Source of the DNA: an uncultured Bacteroidales bacterium | GTDB lineage: Bacteria > Bacteroidota > Bacteroidia > Bacteroidales > UBA7960 | Assembly: GCA_964589855.1 (NCBI GenBank) | Contig: CAZPVB010000006.1 | Location: forward strand, 1 to 54,639 | Length of the DNA: 54,639 bases | Direction: 5' to 3' | Part shown: positions 26,134 through 35,273 of the stretch, in pieces | How positions within the stretch are numbered: the first letter of the stretch is position 1 | Layout of the letters: each line of letters begins with the position of its first letter | Notes under the pieces: generated by a model | What the model saw: only the letters and a program-made list of their open reading frames with translations | Told to the model about the DNA's origin: nothing | The model's database searches: none | Made by a program: the position numbers and the translations under genes

Positions 26134-26985
26134 TTATTCCTGCCGGGTTATTTTTCCTGTAAAAAGCAAATCGATGTTTTCTTTGTCTATCAATTTCCAG
26201 TAATAAACCCCGGGTGCCAGATCAGGAACAGATATGCCTTGTCTTGTGGTATTTTCAATCAGTATTCTTTCATTATCGTTGTTAAAAAACTCCACAACCA
26301 GGTTTTTATTTTCAGGATTCGACCACTTTAAAGAATCAAAATCAGACCAGTAAATGCTGGAAGGAACTTTTATCTTTATTGCTCTTCCTCTGTAAAAACT
26401 ATCTGAATTGTTGACGAGTTTTTCCAAATCCTCATGAGGTGTAAAACGGGCCAATAAAACCTGCGAATCGCTGGATTGCTGATTTTTTTCTTCCTCAGCA
26501 TTCGGCAATGTATCTTCATCCCCTTCATTTTCATCCTTTTCCTTTTCGGAAGTCACTGATGGATCATTACCTTCGGGTTGTGTATCGGTTTGAAGATCGA
26601 TTACCTCATGGTCTTGCGGTATCAGCGCATTGGATTCATGATATTCTTTGCTATCCGGATGTGTGCTTTCTGTAAGATTATTTTCAGTGGCAGGTTTCCA
26701 TAAAAAGGCAAAAACAACTACTCCAAAGCCAATAACAGCTGCTGCGGTCAATAGCGGGTAAAAGAAGGAGTAATTTTTTAAACGAAAGGTGCCAGGTTTT
26801 TGCTCTTTTTGCCCTTTTTTAAAATCGAAAGCTATATCTGCCACCATCAATACATCCGAAGAGCATTGGTCGCAATCTGTGAGATGCCTGCGAATCTCTG
26901 CATCTACTTTTTCAAAGCGATTTTCGTTGATCGCTTCGGCGGTAAAGGCAATTTGTTCAGGTGTGAGATGTTTTGAATCAGACAT
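26134..26985 (-). CDS. Putative ZAS-type anti-sigma factor: Zn finger, one transmembrane helix, acidic linker, periplasmic beta-sandwich domain
   Basis: N-terminal H...HLTDCDQC (HxxxCxxC), TM segment PLLTAAAVIGFGVVVFAFLW, and C-terminal LxPGVYYWKL...GK Ig-like signature. Lies directly downstream of a sigma-like gene. Confidence 0.75.
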   Translation of the reverse strand: MSDSKHLTPEQIAFTAEAINENRFEKVDAEIRRHLTDCDQCSSDVLMVADIAFDFKKGQKEQKPGTFRLKNYSFFYPLLTAAAVIGFGVVVFAFLWKPATENNLTESTHPDSKEYHESNALIPQDHEVIDLQTDTQPEGNDPSVTSEKEKDENEGDEDTLPNAEEEKNQQSSDSQVLLARFTPHEDLEKLVNNSDSFYRGRAIKIKVPSSIYWSDFDSLKWSNPENKNLVVEFFNNDNERILIENTTRQGISVPDLAPGVYYWKLIDKENIDLLFTGKITRQE

Positions 26986-27171
26986 TTAAAATTTATAATG
27001 ATAATTTTTAATCGGGTTAAAGGGATGCTTTCGAACGGTAAAAGCCCATCAAACATATCTTTTTCAAAAGGAAAATACAAAAACCTGAACATCCCATAAT
27101 AATAAATTGCTGTATGACCGTTCATTAGTCATCGCAAAAGATAATACAAAATTAGAAAAAAAAACAAACAA

Positions 27172-27897
27172 TCAGGATGATTTTCTAAGTTCCATCAAAA
27201 TTTGAAGACTTTCGCGGGTATGATTATAAATTCCATTCATATTGATCCGGTTCAGGATAACATCCAATTGCTTATTTACCCACATTCTTACCGAATCACC
27301 CTTTACATTTTTTTGTTCTACAAGATTGGTAACAAAAGCCAATCTTTCAAATAAATCACTTTTGTTTTTCGGAGAATCATCCGAAAGAACAGCATAAACC
27401 TCAAGGAATTTATCTCCTGAGTAATTTTGAATATCCGATTCGTCTAAAGAAATACGGAAATAGTATTTTACAAAAAGATTGATCTTTGAACCCTGTCCGT
27501 TGAAAAACAACATGGCATTTGCCAATCTTTTTACTTCTTCTTTTATGATTAGATTTTTTTCTGTATCGGAGGTGTAATGAACAGGTTTATAAATTTCAAA
27601 CTCATGCATATCATCATCTACAGGATACCAGTGCTTCTTTTCTTTGCGTATAATTTCGCAACACATTCGGTTCATGATCGCAATGTAATAGGTTGTTTTC
27701 TTTGATTTTCCTTCAAAAGCATGATCAATTCTATCCTTCTGCAGCAGAAATTTTTCAAGTATTGTCATGATCACGTCCTCTTTCTCTCTCTCCGGAATAG
27801 CAGATCGTAAAATATACCGGGAAACAACTTTTGTCGCGATATCCTTCATTTCATCCATAGGTATGTCTAAAGTAGGATCTGTCTGCTGATCAATCAT
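27172..27897 (-). CDS. Atypical ECF-like RNA polymerase sigma factor
   Basis: Region-2-like EDVIMTILEKFL...FEGKSKKTTYYIAIMNRMCCEIIRK; the C-terminal half is a divergent, extended region 4 (...GDSVRMWVNK). Confidence 0.7.
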   Translation of the reverse strand: MIDQQTDPTLDIPMDEMKDIATKVVSRYILRSAIPEREKEDVIMTILEKFLLQKDRIDHAFEGKSKKTTYYIAIMNRMCCEIIRKEKKHWYPVDDDMHEFEIYKPVHYTSDTEKNLIIKEEVKRLANAMLFFNGQGSKINLFVKYYFRISLDESDIQNYSGDKFLEVYAVLSDDSPKNKSDLFERLAFVTNLVEQKNVKGDSVRMWVNKQLDVILNRINMNGIYNHTRESLQILMELRKSS

Positions 27898-28924
27898 ATT
27901 TTCTAATTTATATTATAATGTTAGTGTGTGATGTTTTCCAGTTATGCTGCTTTAAGGCAATATGACATCAAAAAATATCGAAAAATATAGATACATCATA
28001 CCTGTTTCATTTTCTTTGCCGGAGTGTAAAAACACAATCAAATAATTTTTACAAACAACATTGAATATCAATCATAATGATCAATATCACATGATTTGTT
28101 TTTCCTCAACGCAATAATACAGGATAAACCTTTACAAAACCTCAAAGAAACACGTAAATTCACAAATTCACAAAACAATCTCTTAAAACCTTAAAAAACA
28201 ACTACTTTATGAACTTTTTTTATCATAAACAAGTGATTTCCGATACCCATCTAGGTTGAAGTGTTCGTTATTTTATTCATTTTTCCTTTTCTCAAAATCC
28301 ATTGATCAATGATTGAGGACAGTATAAAAAGGATATTGTCCACTAATGTCCCGAATGATCTCGCACTTAACAATCTGATTTTATGATACATGACAAACTA
28401 AAAAATGAACACGAACCTCTAAAAACAAGTTTGCAGACCAAGCTCATGATTAAAAATTTTAATCTTTTTTGATCAGACAAAGTAACCATTCAAAACTTTA
28501 GTGGTTTACCAGCAAAACCCTTGTTAATTCTTTTTTGTGGCGCTTTTGTAAAAATAAATTGAAGAAAACTTTGGATTTATTTTGCTGAATGGTCAATAAA
28601 TGACACTATAAATAAGATGAACCTGTCCTTTTACAAATAAAACTTTTATCACTATTTGAGCACCAGGCAAAAAAAAGACTACATAAAAAACATCATATCC
28701 CGGTATTTTTTTTAATTTTACGCCAGGAAAACAGGTCTAATATGCTTACTAAAAACAACTTACAAAACAAGATAAACAAAACAAGATCGCTTCTTTTTAA
28801 GATAAGAAACCAATTTTTGGATTCGAAACAAATAAGAATACCGCTGTTAAGCAAAGACAAAATATGGGATGTACGAAAACCACATACTTGTTTATTGTAG
28901 GCAAGAAAAATAATTTTTTCCATG

Positions 28925-29056
28925 TACCCGATGAGAAAGCGTCAAGTGCAAAGATTACGGTGACAGAAAAACCATAGTCTCGTTGAAAAAATGCGATGAA
29001 TGTTTTGATGGCAGACATAATGCAGCAATATCCTCTTTTCTTGCTGACACTAATTA
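28925..29056 (+). repeat. Dispersed structured element family B, degenerate copy
   Basis: Shares CAAGTGCAA, TGACxGAAAAAC, CATAAxGCAGCAA and TTTTCTTGCTGxCACTAATTA with 35139-35273. Confidence 0.65.
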
Positions 29057-29175
29057 GGTGAAATCAAACCCGGTGGTGATATCAAAAAAAAATTCCAAAC
29101 ATCAGGATTGCCTTATATAACAAACCAACAATAAAAAAAAGTGTTGTTTGATCAATCTGACAAAACTACAAGTCT

Positions 29176-32034
29176 ATGAATATAAGATCTGCTTTTTTAC
29201 TTACTGCATTTTTGCTGCTCTGCTTCACCCGGGCTTTTTCTCAGTACTATCCGTTTTATCCAGAGGAAAGAGAATTAAAAACTTATCCCTTCTTTACTGA
29301 CTATGAAAGGATCATAGAGGAGTATAATCAGGAAAAAAACATACCGCAAACTGTTCATGCCCTCGATAGTTTATCAAAATTGGTTTTAGAGCAAGAGGAG
29401 TATCGGGGATGGTTGTTTTTACAAAATGAAAAATCCAATTTCCTGAAGTTTAACAACCAAATTGAAGATGCACATGCTGTTGCTTATCAAGCCATACAAA
29501 CTTTTGCAGAAAATCACGATACACTTACACTGGAGTATGCAGTATCACTCCGGTTGCTCAGAGGTTATGAAAGACTTGGAAATATTGGCAAAAGGACAGA
29601 GAAGGAACTTTTTCAATCGCAAATGGCATTGATAAATAAACTGGGTGTTACAGGAGAGCCGCTTACCAACACCCTCGTTGAATATGGATTGTTCCAGCTG
29701 CGGGATCAAAGGAAAGAGGAAGCAATCGAAATCTTGTATCAGGCCAGAAAAAGTGCTTTAAAAAACGATGATCTTAAAAGTCTCGCCCTTGCAGATTATA
29801 GTATCATAACAAACATCGACAGAATTGATCTTCAACAGACAACGCTCGACATCATACTTACCGATATAGAGTTATTTGAAGAAAACCTTCACTCCATCCC
29901 CGTGCTGATTTACAACAGTTACTTTCATTACCTGGCTGGTGAAACTTATTACAAGTATTTCAACAACCCCGATACTGCTATCGATCATTACAAAACCGCC
30001 ATAGACTGCCTTGATACCCTTCAGTATCCTCAATGGAACCTTAAGGCATCTATACACTCCAGCCTGGCAAAAATAATTGCCGGTAAAAAGAACGAAATTG
30101 ATTTTCGTTATCACTACCAGAAGGCCTTTGCCATTGCATCTGAAAAACCCATGTCACCCTACAATCAGGCGTTATCACATTATAATCTGCAAAGTGCAAT
30201 GCTAAATTTTTATCCCGATTCTGTACTATTCAATCAGGAAAAACATGAACTACTCAAAGGATACCCGTTTTTTAAATACGACTTTCTTTCAAATGTAGTG
30301 AAGGCGAATATAAAACTTAAAAATTACGAAAAAGCACTGGCTCTTATCAATGAAAACTCCCCAGAGACAACCAGCATAGGGGAAGCTACTTTTCCTTCAG
30401 CAACCGACAGTCTTGATACTGGCGTTCAGATTTCTCTTTTATCACTTGCTTTTGAAACCATTACGCAATTATATGCCCGATATGGTTCAACAGACTTTGA
30501 GCGTGCACTGGTTAAGATCATAGAGGATCAAAACAACCTATATATAGATTGGGTGGAAGAGAATATTTTCAGCAACGAACTCTCATCCATTACAGATGAC
30601 TATCATGATTTCATCATGAAATCTCTTCATTTTTATCACCAAAACAAACTGGAAGAATCATATACTCACAAGATAGCAAAGCTTGTTTTTTCATCCAAAG
30701 CTATTGAGTTGAATAACAGTTTGGGCAAAAACAAAATACAAACACTGATAGAACAAGATACGGAAACGTTGCAATCTCTCATGACAATGGCATCGGAGAT
30801 ACAAAGCGTACGAAACGAAAAAAACAATCCGCACTTAGAAGAAGAAAGGCAAAGAGAACTCAACAAAGAATTGAATACTTTGCTCATTGACAATCTGATA
30901 GTAAGACAAAAGATCAACCCGGAGGAACATAATAAAATCAACTCTGTTAAAATTCCATCGCTTGCAGAAATACAGGAAAGTCTGCAACCAGGAGAGGTGA
31001 TTCTCGAATATTCTATCACTGATACAATGATTGTAAGGACATCTATAGGAAAAGATTTTTTCAACAGTTGGCATGTAATCCGGGAAGATATTGAAAAGCA
31101 ATTCAACAATGCCATCTACGATGTAAAAACAGGAAATTATTTTTCCGGAGAGTTTTCGACATTGCTATTGCAGGGTCTGGATGATGAATTACGATCTGCA
31201 AAAAAAATCATTGTTGTACCTGATAAAAAGATGCATCTGATACCCTTTGAATTACTCACCTGGGGTGAGGGGTTAATCATAAACTCCTTTCCCGTTGTTT
31301 ACAATTATTCTTCCTCACTCTGGTATCGTCAAAAATCCATGAAAAGAGAGGAAAAAAAGCATTCTTTTCTTGCCATCGCTCCGGTTTTTGATCAACAAAA
31401 AAACACGCCTGAAAATTTGCCTTTGCTTGCCTCTTCTTATCGCGAAAAAACAGATTTGGATCCCCTCACGCACTCAGGGGAGGAAGTAAAAGCCATTCAT
31501 GATCTTTTTACAGACAATGGATTACACGCCAAAACCTTAACCTACCATGAATCTACTGAGAACAATGTGCGAAAAAAGATCAATCAGTATTCAATTTTGC
31601 ATTTTGCCACCCATGGCATCGTAGACAAAGAAAACAGTGAAAGATCGGGTCTGGTTTTATTTCCTGATGAAGCAGACCCGGAATTATCCTTATCCGGGGA
31701 AGATAATTTTTTGAGTTTGGGTGAATTGTTTACCATCAGATTAAACGCTCACCTTGTAACATTGAGTGCCTGCAATACCGGCATTGGTGAGATCAGAGGC
31801 AGTGAGGGAGTGATAGCACTTCCGAGAGGCTTCATACATGCAGGTGTACCCAATGTTCTGGCTTCACTCTGGCGTGTGAATGATGAAAAAACCAAGTACC
31901 TGATGACCCGCTTTTACACCCATGTATTGGAAGAAAAAAGTTTTCCGGAGGCAATTCGTTTGGCAAAACAGGATTGCATTAACCGGGGATTTCTCCCCCT
32001 TGACTGGTCCGGTTTTGTACTTATTGGAATATAG
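29176..32034 (+). CDS. Exported TPR-like plus CHAT domain (caspase-like clan CD) protease
   Basis: Signal peptide MNIRSAFLLTAFLLLCFTRAFS; helical TPR-like repeats; CHAT motifs IVVPD...IPFELL, HFATHG (His codon 31612), VTLSACNTG (Cys codon 31771), ASLWRVND and DWSGFVLIG. Confidence 0.92.
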   Translation: MNIRSAFLLTAFLLLCFTRAFSQYYPFYPEERELKTYPFFTDYERIIEEYNQEKNIPQTVHALDSLSKLVLEQEEYRGWLFLQNEKSNFLKFNNQIEDAHAVAYQAIQTFAENHDTLTLEYAVSLRLLRGYERLGNIGKRTEKELFQSQMALINKLGVTGEPLTNTLVEYGLFQLRDQRKEEAIEILYQARKSALKNDDLKSLALADYSIITNIDRIDLQQTTLDIILTDIELFEENLHSIPVLIYNSYFHYLAGETYYKYFNNPDTAIDHYKTAIDCLDTLQYPQWNLKASIHSSLAKIIAGKKNEIDFRYHYQKAFAIASEKPMSPYNQALSHYNLQSAMLNFYPDSVLFNQEKHELLKGYPFFKYDFLSNVVKANIKLKNYEKALALINENSPETTSIGEATFPSATDSLDTGVQISLLSLAFETITQLYARYGSTDFERALVKIIEDQNNLYIDWVEENIFSNELSSITDDYHDFIMKSLHFYHQNKLEESYTHKIAKLVFSSKAIELNNSLGKNKIQTLIEQDTETLQSLMTMASEIQSVRNEKNNPHLEEERQRELNKELNTLLIDNLIVRQKINPEEHNKINSVKIPSLAEIQESLQPGEVILEYSITDTMIVRTSIGKDFFNSWHVIREDIEKQFNNAIYDVKTGNYFSGEFSTLLLQGLDDELRSAKKIIVVPDKKMHLIPFELLTWGEGLIINSFPVVYNYSSSLWYRQKSMKREEKKHSFLAIAPVFDQQKNTPENLPLLASSYREKTDLDPLTHSGEEVKAIHDLFTDNGLHAKTLTYHESTENNVRKKINQYSILHFATHGIVDKENSERSGLVLFPDEADPELSLSGEDNFLSLGELFTIRLNAHLVTLSACNTGIGEIRGSEGVIALPRGFIHAGVPNVLASLWRVNDEKTKYLMTRFYTHVLEEKSFPEAIRLAKQDCINRGFLPLDWSGFVLIGI

Positions 32035-32369
32035 ATTTTTAATATATTTATGCCAATAATTCCAAAATAAACTAAAAGTTCAAATTTATTAAGGAGTTAT
32101 GGGTTTTATTGGGGTGTTAAAATTATAAAGAAATTTTGTATATTAGCGGTCGTTTTAAAACAGGCACACTCCCGTGTCTTAGAAAACATTATGATTGTAA
32201 TGAGATGAACAAAACCATGAGAATAATATGAATGCTCAAGCAAATTAAGTTTGTTTTGCCATGATGTAAAACAAGTATGAATGATATTGTTGAATCATCT
32301 GACCGAATGAATCAAATCAGAAACAGATTAATCCTTATATTTTATTTATTATTTAACTATTATACCGTG

Positions 32370-33839
32370 ATGAAAGAAAGTATGTCAAGAAGGAAGTTCT
32401 TAGGTAATACAGCGCTGGCTGCTGCTGGTTTTACCATACTTCCCAGTACAGTTATCAGTGGATTGGGACACAAAATGCCCAGCGATAAACTCAATATTGC
32501 AGGCGTTGGTGTTGGTGGACGAGGTTTTGCTGTTTTAAAAGGGATGGAGAGTGAAAACATTGTAGCACTATGTGATGTAGACTGGCGATACAGCCAGGGG
32601 TGCTTTGATCACTACCCCAACGCCAAAAAATATTGGGACTGGCGCAAGATGTTTGATGAGATGGGTAATGATATAGATGCCGTAGTTGTGGCTACCGCCG
32701 ATCATACACATGCTATTGTTGCTGCCCATGCCATGACCATGGGGAAACACGTATATGTTGAGAAACCCCTTACCCATACAGTTTACGAATCGAGGTTGCT
32801 CACCAGATTGGCCGAAAAACACCAGGTAGCAACCCAAATGGGTAACCAGGGATCCTCACACGACGACGTACACAAACTCACCGAATGGTTGTGGAACAAC
32901 GAAATTGGCGAGGTAACAAAAGTAGAAGCATTTACCGACCGCCCCATTTGGCCACAAGGTTTGGCAACACCTGAAGGACAGTGGGTTCCCGATCACATCG
33001 ATTGGGATCTGTTTATCGGCCCTGCTCCTATGCGTCCTTACAATGAAATTTATACGCCCTGGAATTTCAGAGGATGGTGGGATTTTGGTACAGGTGCACT
33101 GGGTGACATGGCCTGCCATATTCTCCACCCTGTTTTCAAAGGATTACAACTCGGATACCCAATCAAAGCGCAGGGCAGCTCCACACTGCTACTTCAGGAT
33201 AGTGCGCCTACAGCAGAAAAGGTAAGACTCGTTTTCCCGGAGCGCAGGAAAATCCGCGAATCAAAAATGCCTTTCCCCGAAGTGGAAGTTACCTGGTATG
33301 ATGGAGGTTTACGCCCCGATATGCCCGAAGGTTGGCCTGCCGGAAAAAATATGAATGATGCAGGTGGTGGTGTATTGTTCCACGGAACAAAGGATACACT
33401 GATATGTGGTTGTTATGGTTTACGGCCATGGCTGCTCTCCGGACGCGAACCCAACGTAAAACAAACCTTACCACGTGTAGAACTTACACACTACATGGAT
33501 TGGGTACGTGCCTGTAAAGAGGACCCTGCAACCCGCAAAAAAACAGCATCTGATTTTAGCGAGGCAGGTCCATTTAATGAGATGGTTGTGATGGGCGTAT
33601 TGGCTGTTAGATTGCAAGAACTTAACAAAGAACTTGAATGGGATGGCGAAAAAATGGAATTCACTAACATCAATGATGATGAAGAGATCAGAATCGTGAT
33701 AGAAGATGGGTTCCAGATTAAAGACGGACACCCCACCTTTGACAAAACCATGACCGATCCAATCAATGCAAAAGCGTTTGCTCAGGAACTCATAAAACAT
33801 AACTACAGATCAGGCTGGAACCTCCCCAATATGCCTTAA
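32370..33839 (+). CDS. Tat-exported Gfo/Idh/MocA oxidoreductase (glycoside 3-dehydrogenase-like)
   Basis: SRRKFL twin-arginine signal, GVGVGGRG Rossmann motif, HVYVEKP, QMGNQG and GALGDMACH. Start at 32370 is preferred over 32277. Confidence 0.88.
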   Translation: MKESMSRRKFLGNTALAAAGFTILPSTVISGLGHKMPSDKLNIAGVGVGGRGFAVLKGMESENIVALCDVDWRYSQGCFDHYPNAKKYWDWRKMFDEMGNDIDAVVVATADHTHAIVAAHAMTMGKHVYVEKPLTHTVYESRLLTRLAEKHQVATQMGNQGSSHDDVHKLTEWLWNNEIGEVTKVEAFTDRPIWPQGLATPEGQWVPDHIDWDLFIGPAPMRPYNEIYTPWNFRGWWDFGTGALGDMACHILHPVFKGLQLGYPIKAQGSSTLLLQDSAPTAEKVRLVFPERRKIRESKMPFPEVEVTWYDGGLRPDMPEGWPAGKNMNDAGGGVLFHGTKDTLICGCYGLRPWLLSGREPNVKQTLPRVELTHYMDWVRACKEDPATRKKTASDFSEAGPFNEMVVMGVLAVRLQELNKELEWDGEKMEFTNINDDEEIRIVIEDGFQIKDGHPTFDKTMTDPINAKAFAQELIKHNYRSGWNLPNMP

Positions 33840-33879
33840 TAGATGTTTTTTTGACAAACAAACAGCATTTCAGATAATT

Positions 33880-33981
33880 ATTTGACAAGAAAACGCCGGA
33901 ATCAACTTTTATTTCCTGCAAACTTCAAAAAAATTTTGCAGCAATGGTTAAAAAAAGAGAATCAGGCGTTTTCTTTCAAAT
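33880..33981. repeat. Intergenic inverted repeat whose ends resemble family B ends
   Basis: ATTTGACAAGAAAACGCC ... GGCGTTTTCTTTCAAAT. Confidence 0.55.
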
Positions 33982-34042
33982 CTTCAGAAATAGATCTTTT
34001 AATTAATTACAGTTCAACTAATCACATTAAAGAAAAACAAAG

Positions 34043-34834
34043 ATGAAAAAAAAGAATTTTTTATTTTCAGTATTTAGTATGGTAACTGTTGCAGGTTTGC
34101 TGTTCAGCTCCTGCCAGCAAGGAACAAAAAACCAGGAATCAGATTCGCAGGAAACAGAAAAGGAAACTGTTAGCGGCCTTACAGAAGAAGAAAAAGAAGA
34201 AGGATTCTTTCTGCTTTTCGACGGTGAAACCACTGAAGGATGGCGAAATTACGGCGAAGAAACTTTTCCCGAATCAGGATGGGAAATACAGGAAGGCGGA
34301 ATATTGCACGTAATAGGTTCCGGGCAAGGTGAAGCAGGTGGTAAAGGTGGCGACATCATCTACGATGAAAAGTTTAAAGACTTTCACCTGAAAATGGAAT
34401 GGAAAGTATCTCCCGCTGGAAACAGTGGTATTTTCTATCTGGCAGAAGAGATGGAGGGAGAACCCATTTGGAAATCAGCCCCTGAAATGCAGATTTTGTG
34501 TAACGAAGAACATATTGACGCACAATTGGGTGTTGATGGCAACAGAAAAGCCGGTTCTTTGTATGATCTTATTCCTGCCGACCCGCAAAATGCAAATCCC
34601 ACCGGTGAATGGAATGAAGTAGAGGTAATGGTTTTCAAAGGTACAGTAGTACATAAAATGAACGGCGAAGTAGTTCTCGAATATCATTTAGGCACCCCTG
34701 ACTGGGCAAACATGATCGAAAACAGCAAATTTGCTGATTTTCCAGAGTTTGGAAAATACCGTGAAGGGTACATCGGATTACAAGACCACGGTGATGATGT
34801 TTGGTTCAGAAACATAAGACTCAAAAAATTGTAG
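34043..34834 (+). CDS. DUF1080 (3-keto-disaccharide hydrolase family) lipoprotein
   Basis: Lipobox FSSC; motifs LLFDGETTEGW, GNSGIFY, PEMQI, AGSLYD, GEWNE and IGLQDHG..VWFRNI. Confidence 0.9.
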   Translation: MKKKNFLFSVFSMVTVAGLLFSSCQQGTKNQESDSQETEKETVSGLTEEEKEEGFFLLFDGETTEGWRNYGEETFPESGWEIQEGGILHVIGSGQGEAGGKGGDIIYDEKFKDFHLKMEWKVSPAGNSGIFYLAEEMEGEPIWKSAPEMQILCNEEHIDAQLGVDGNRKAGSLYDLIPADPQNANPTGEWNEVEVMVFKGTVVHKMNGEVVLEYHLGTPDWANMIENSKFADFPEFGKYREGYIGLQDHGDDVWFRNIRLKKL

Positions 34835-34867
34835 AATCCCAATGGCAAATTAGCAATTCGCATTAGC

Positions 34868-34908
34868 AACAAAAAAAAGCCCGGCAAAATTGCCGGTCTT
34901 TTTTGTTT
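34868..34908 (+). terminator. Rho-independent terminator
   Basis: AAAAAAGCCCGGCAA-aa-TTGCCGGTCTTTTTT. Confidence 0.8.
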
Positions 34909-34953
34909 GCTCGTTTCTGAAAACAGGATCGGAAAAGATTGCTTTTCAATGAT

Positions 34954-35088
34954 GAGTCCACTCTGAAAAGTTTATTATCCAGTAGACAAATTACACAAAT
35001 TAAAACTAATATATATCTTTGATTACCAAACTACTAAGAATTTAATATTTTCACTTATTAATTAAAAATGACTTTTCGGAGCAGACTC
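34954..35088. mobile_element. MITE family A, copy 2 (135 bp)
   Basis: Terminal inverted repeats GAGTCCACTCTGAAAAGT / ACTTTTCGGAGCAGACTC; 6-bp direct repeat AATGAT at 34948-34953 and 35089-35094. Confidence 0.82.
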
Positions 35089-35138
35089 AATGATTAATAA
35101 TATAATTAACAAAAAAACGGAATCAAAAAAACAGTGAT

Positions 35139-35273
35139 TTAATTAGTCTTTGCAAGAAACCAACAAGTGCAACGCTTGCGATGACTGAAAAACAGGAGTT
35201 TACTTTTCGTAAATGACTGTTTTGAAGGCGAGCATAACGCAGCAACTGGCGTTTTCTTGCTGGCACTAATTAA
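35139..35273 (+). repeat. Dispersed structured element family B, best-preserved copy (MITE-like or ncRNA)
   Basis: Terminal inverted repeat TTAATTAGT....GCAAGAAA / TTTCTTGC....ACTAATTAA; inner stem AAAAACAG..GTTTAC-loop-GTAAAT..CTGTTTTT. Confidence 0.7.

Noticed and set aside
28252-28421. Weak inverted repeat TAGGTTGAAGTGTTCGTTATTTT / AAAAATGAACACGAACCTCTA as a third MITE family
   Set aside because: Single copy, several mismatches and gaps, no clear target duplication.
28693-29018. Two short minus-strand ORFs in the sigma-CHAT gap
   Set aside because: Low-complexity F/L/K composition from AT-rich DNA, overlap with the family B repeat, and no recognisable motif.
29176-32034. CHAT protein as Csx29 of a type III-E CRISPR (Craspase) locus
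   Set aside because: No Cas7-11, array or csx30/csx31 nearby, and the protein has an export signal. Only the protease-sigma logic is analogous.
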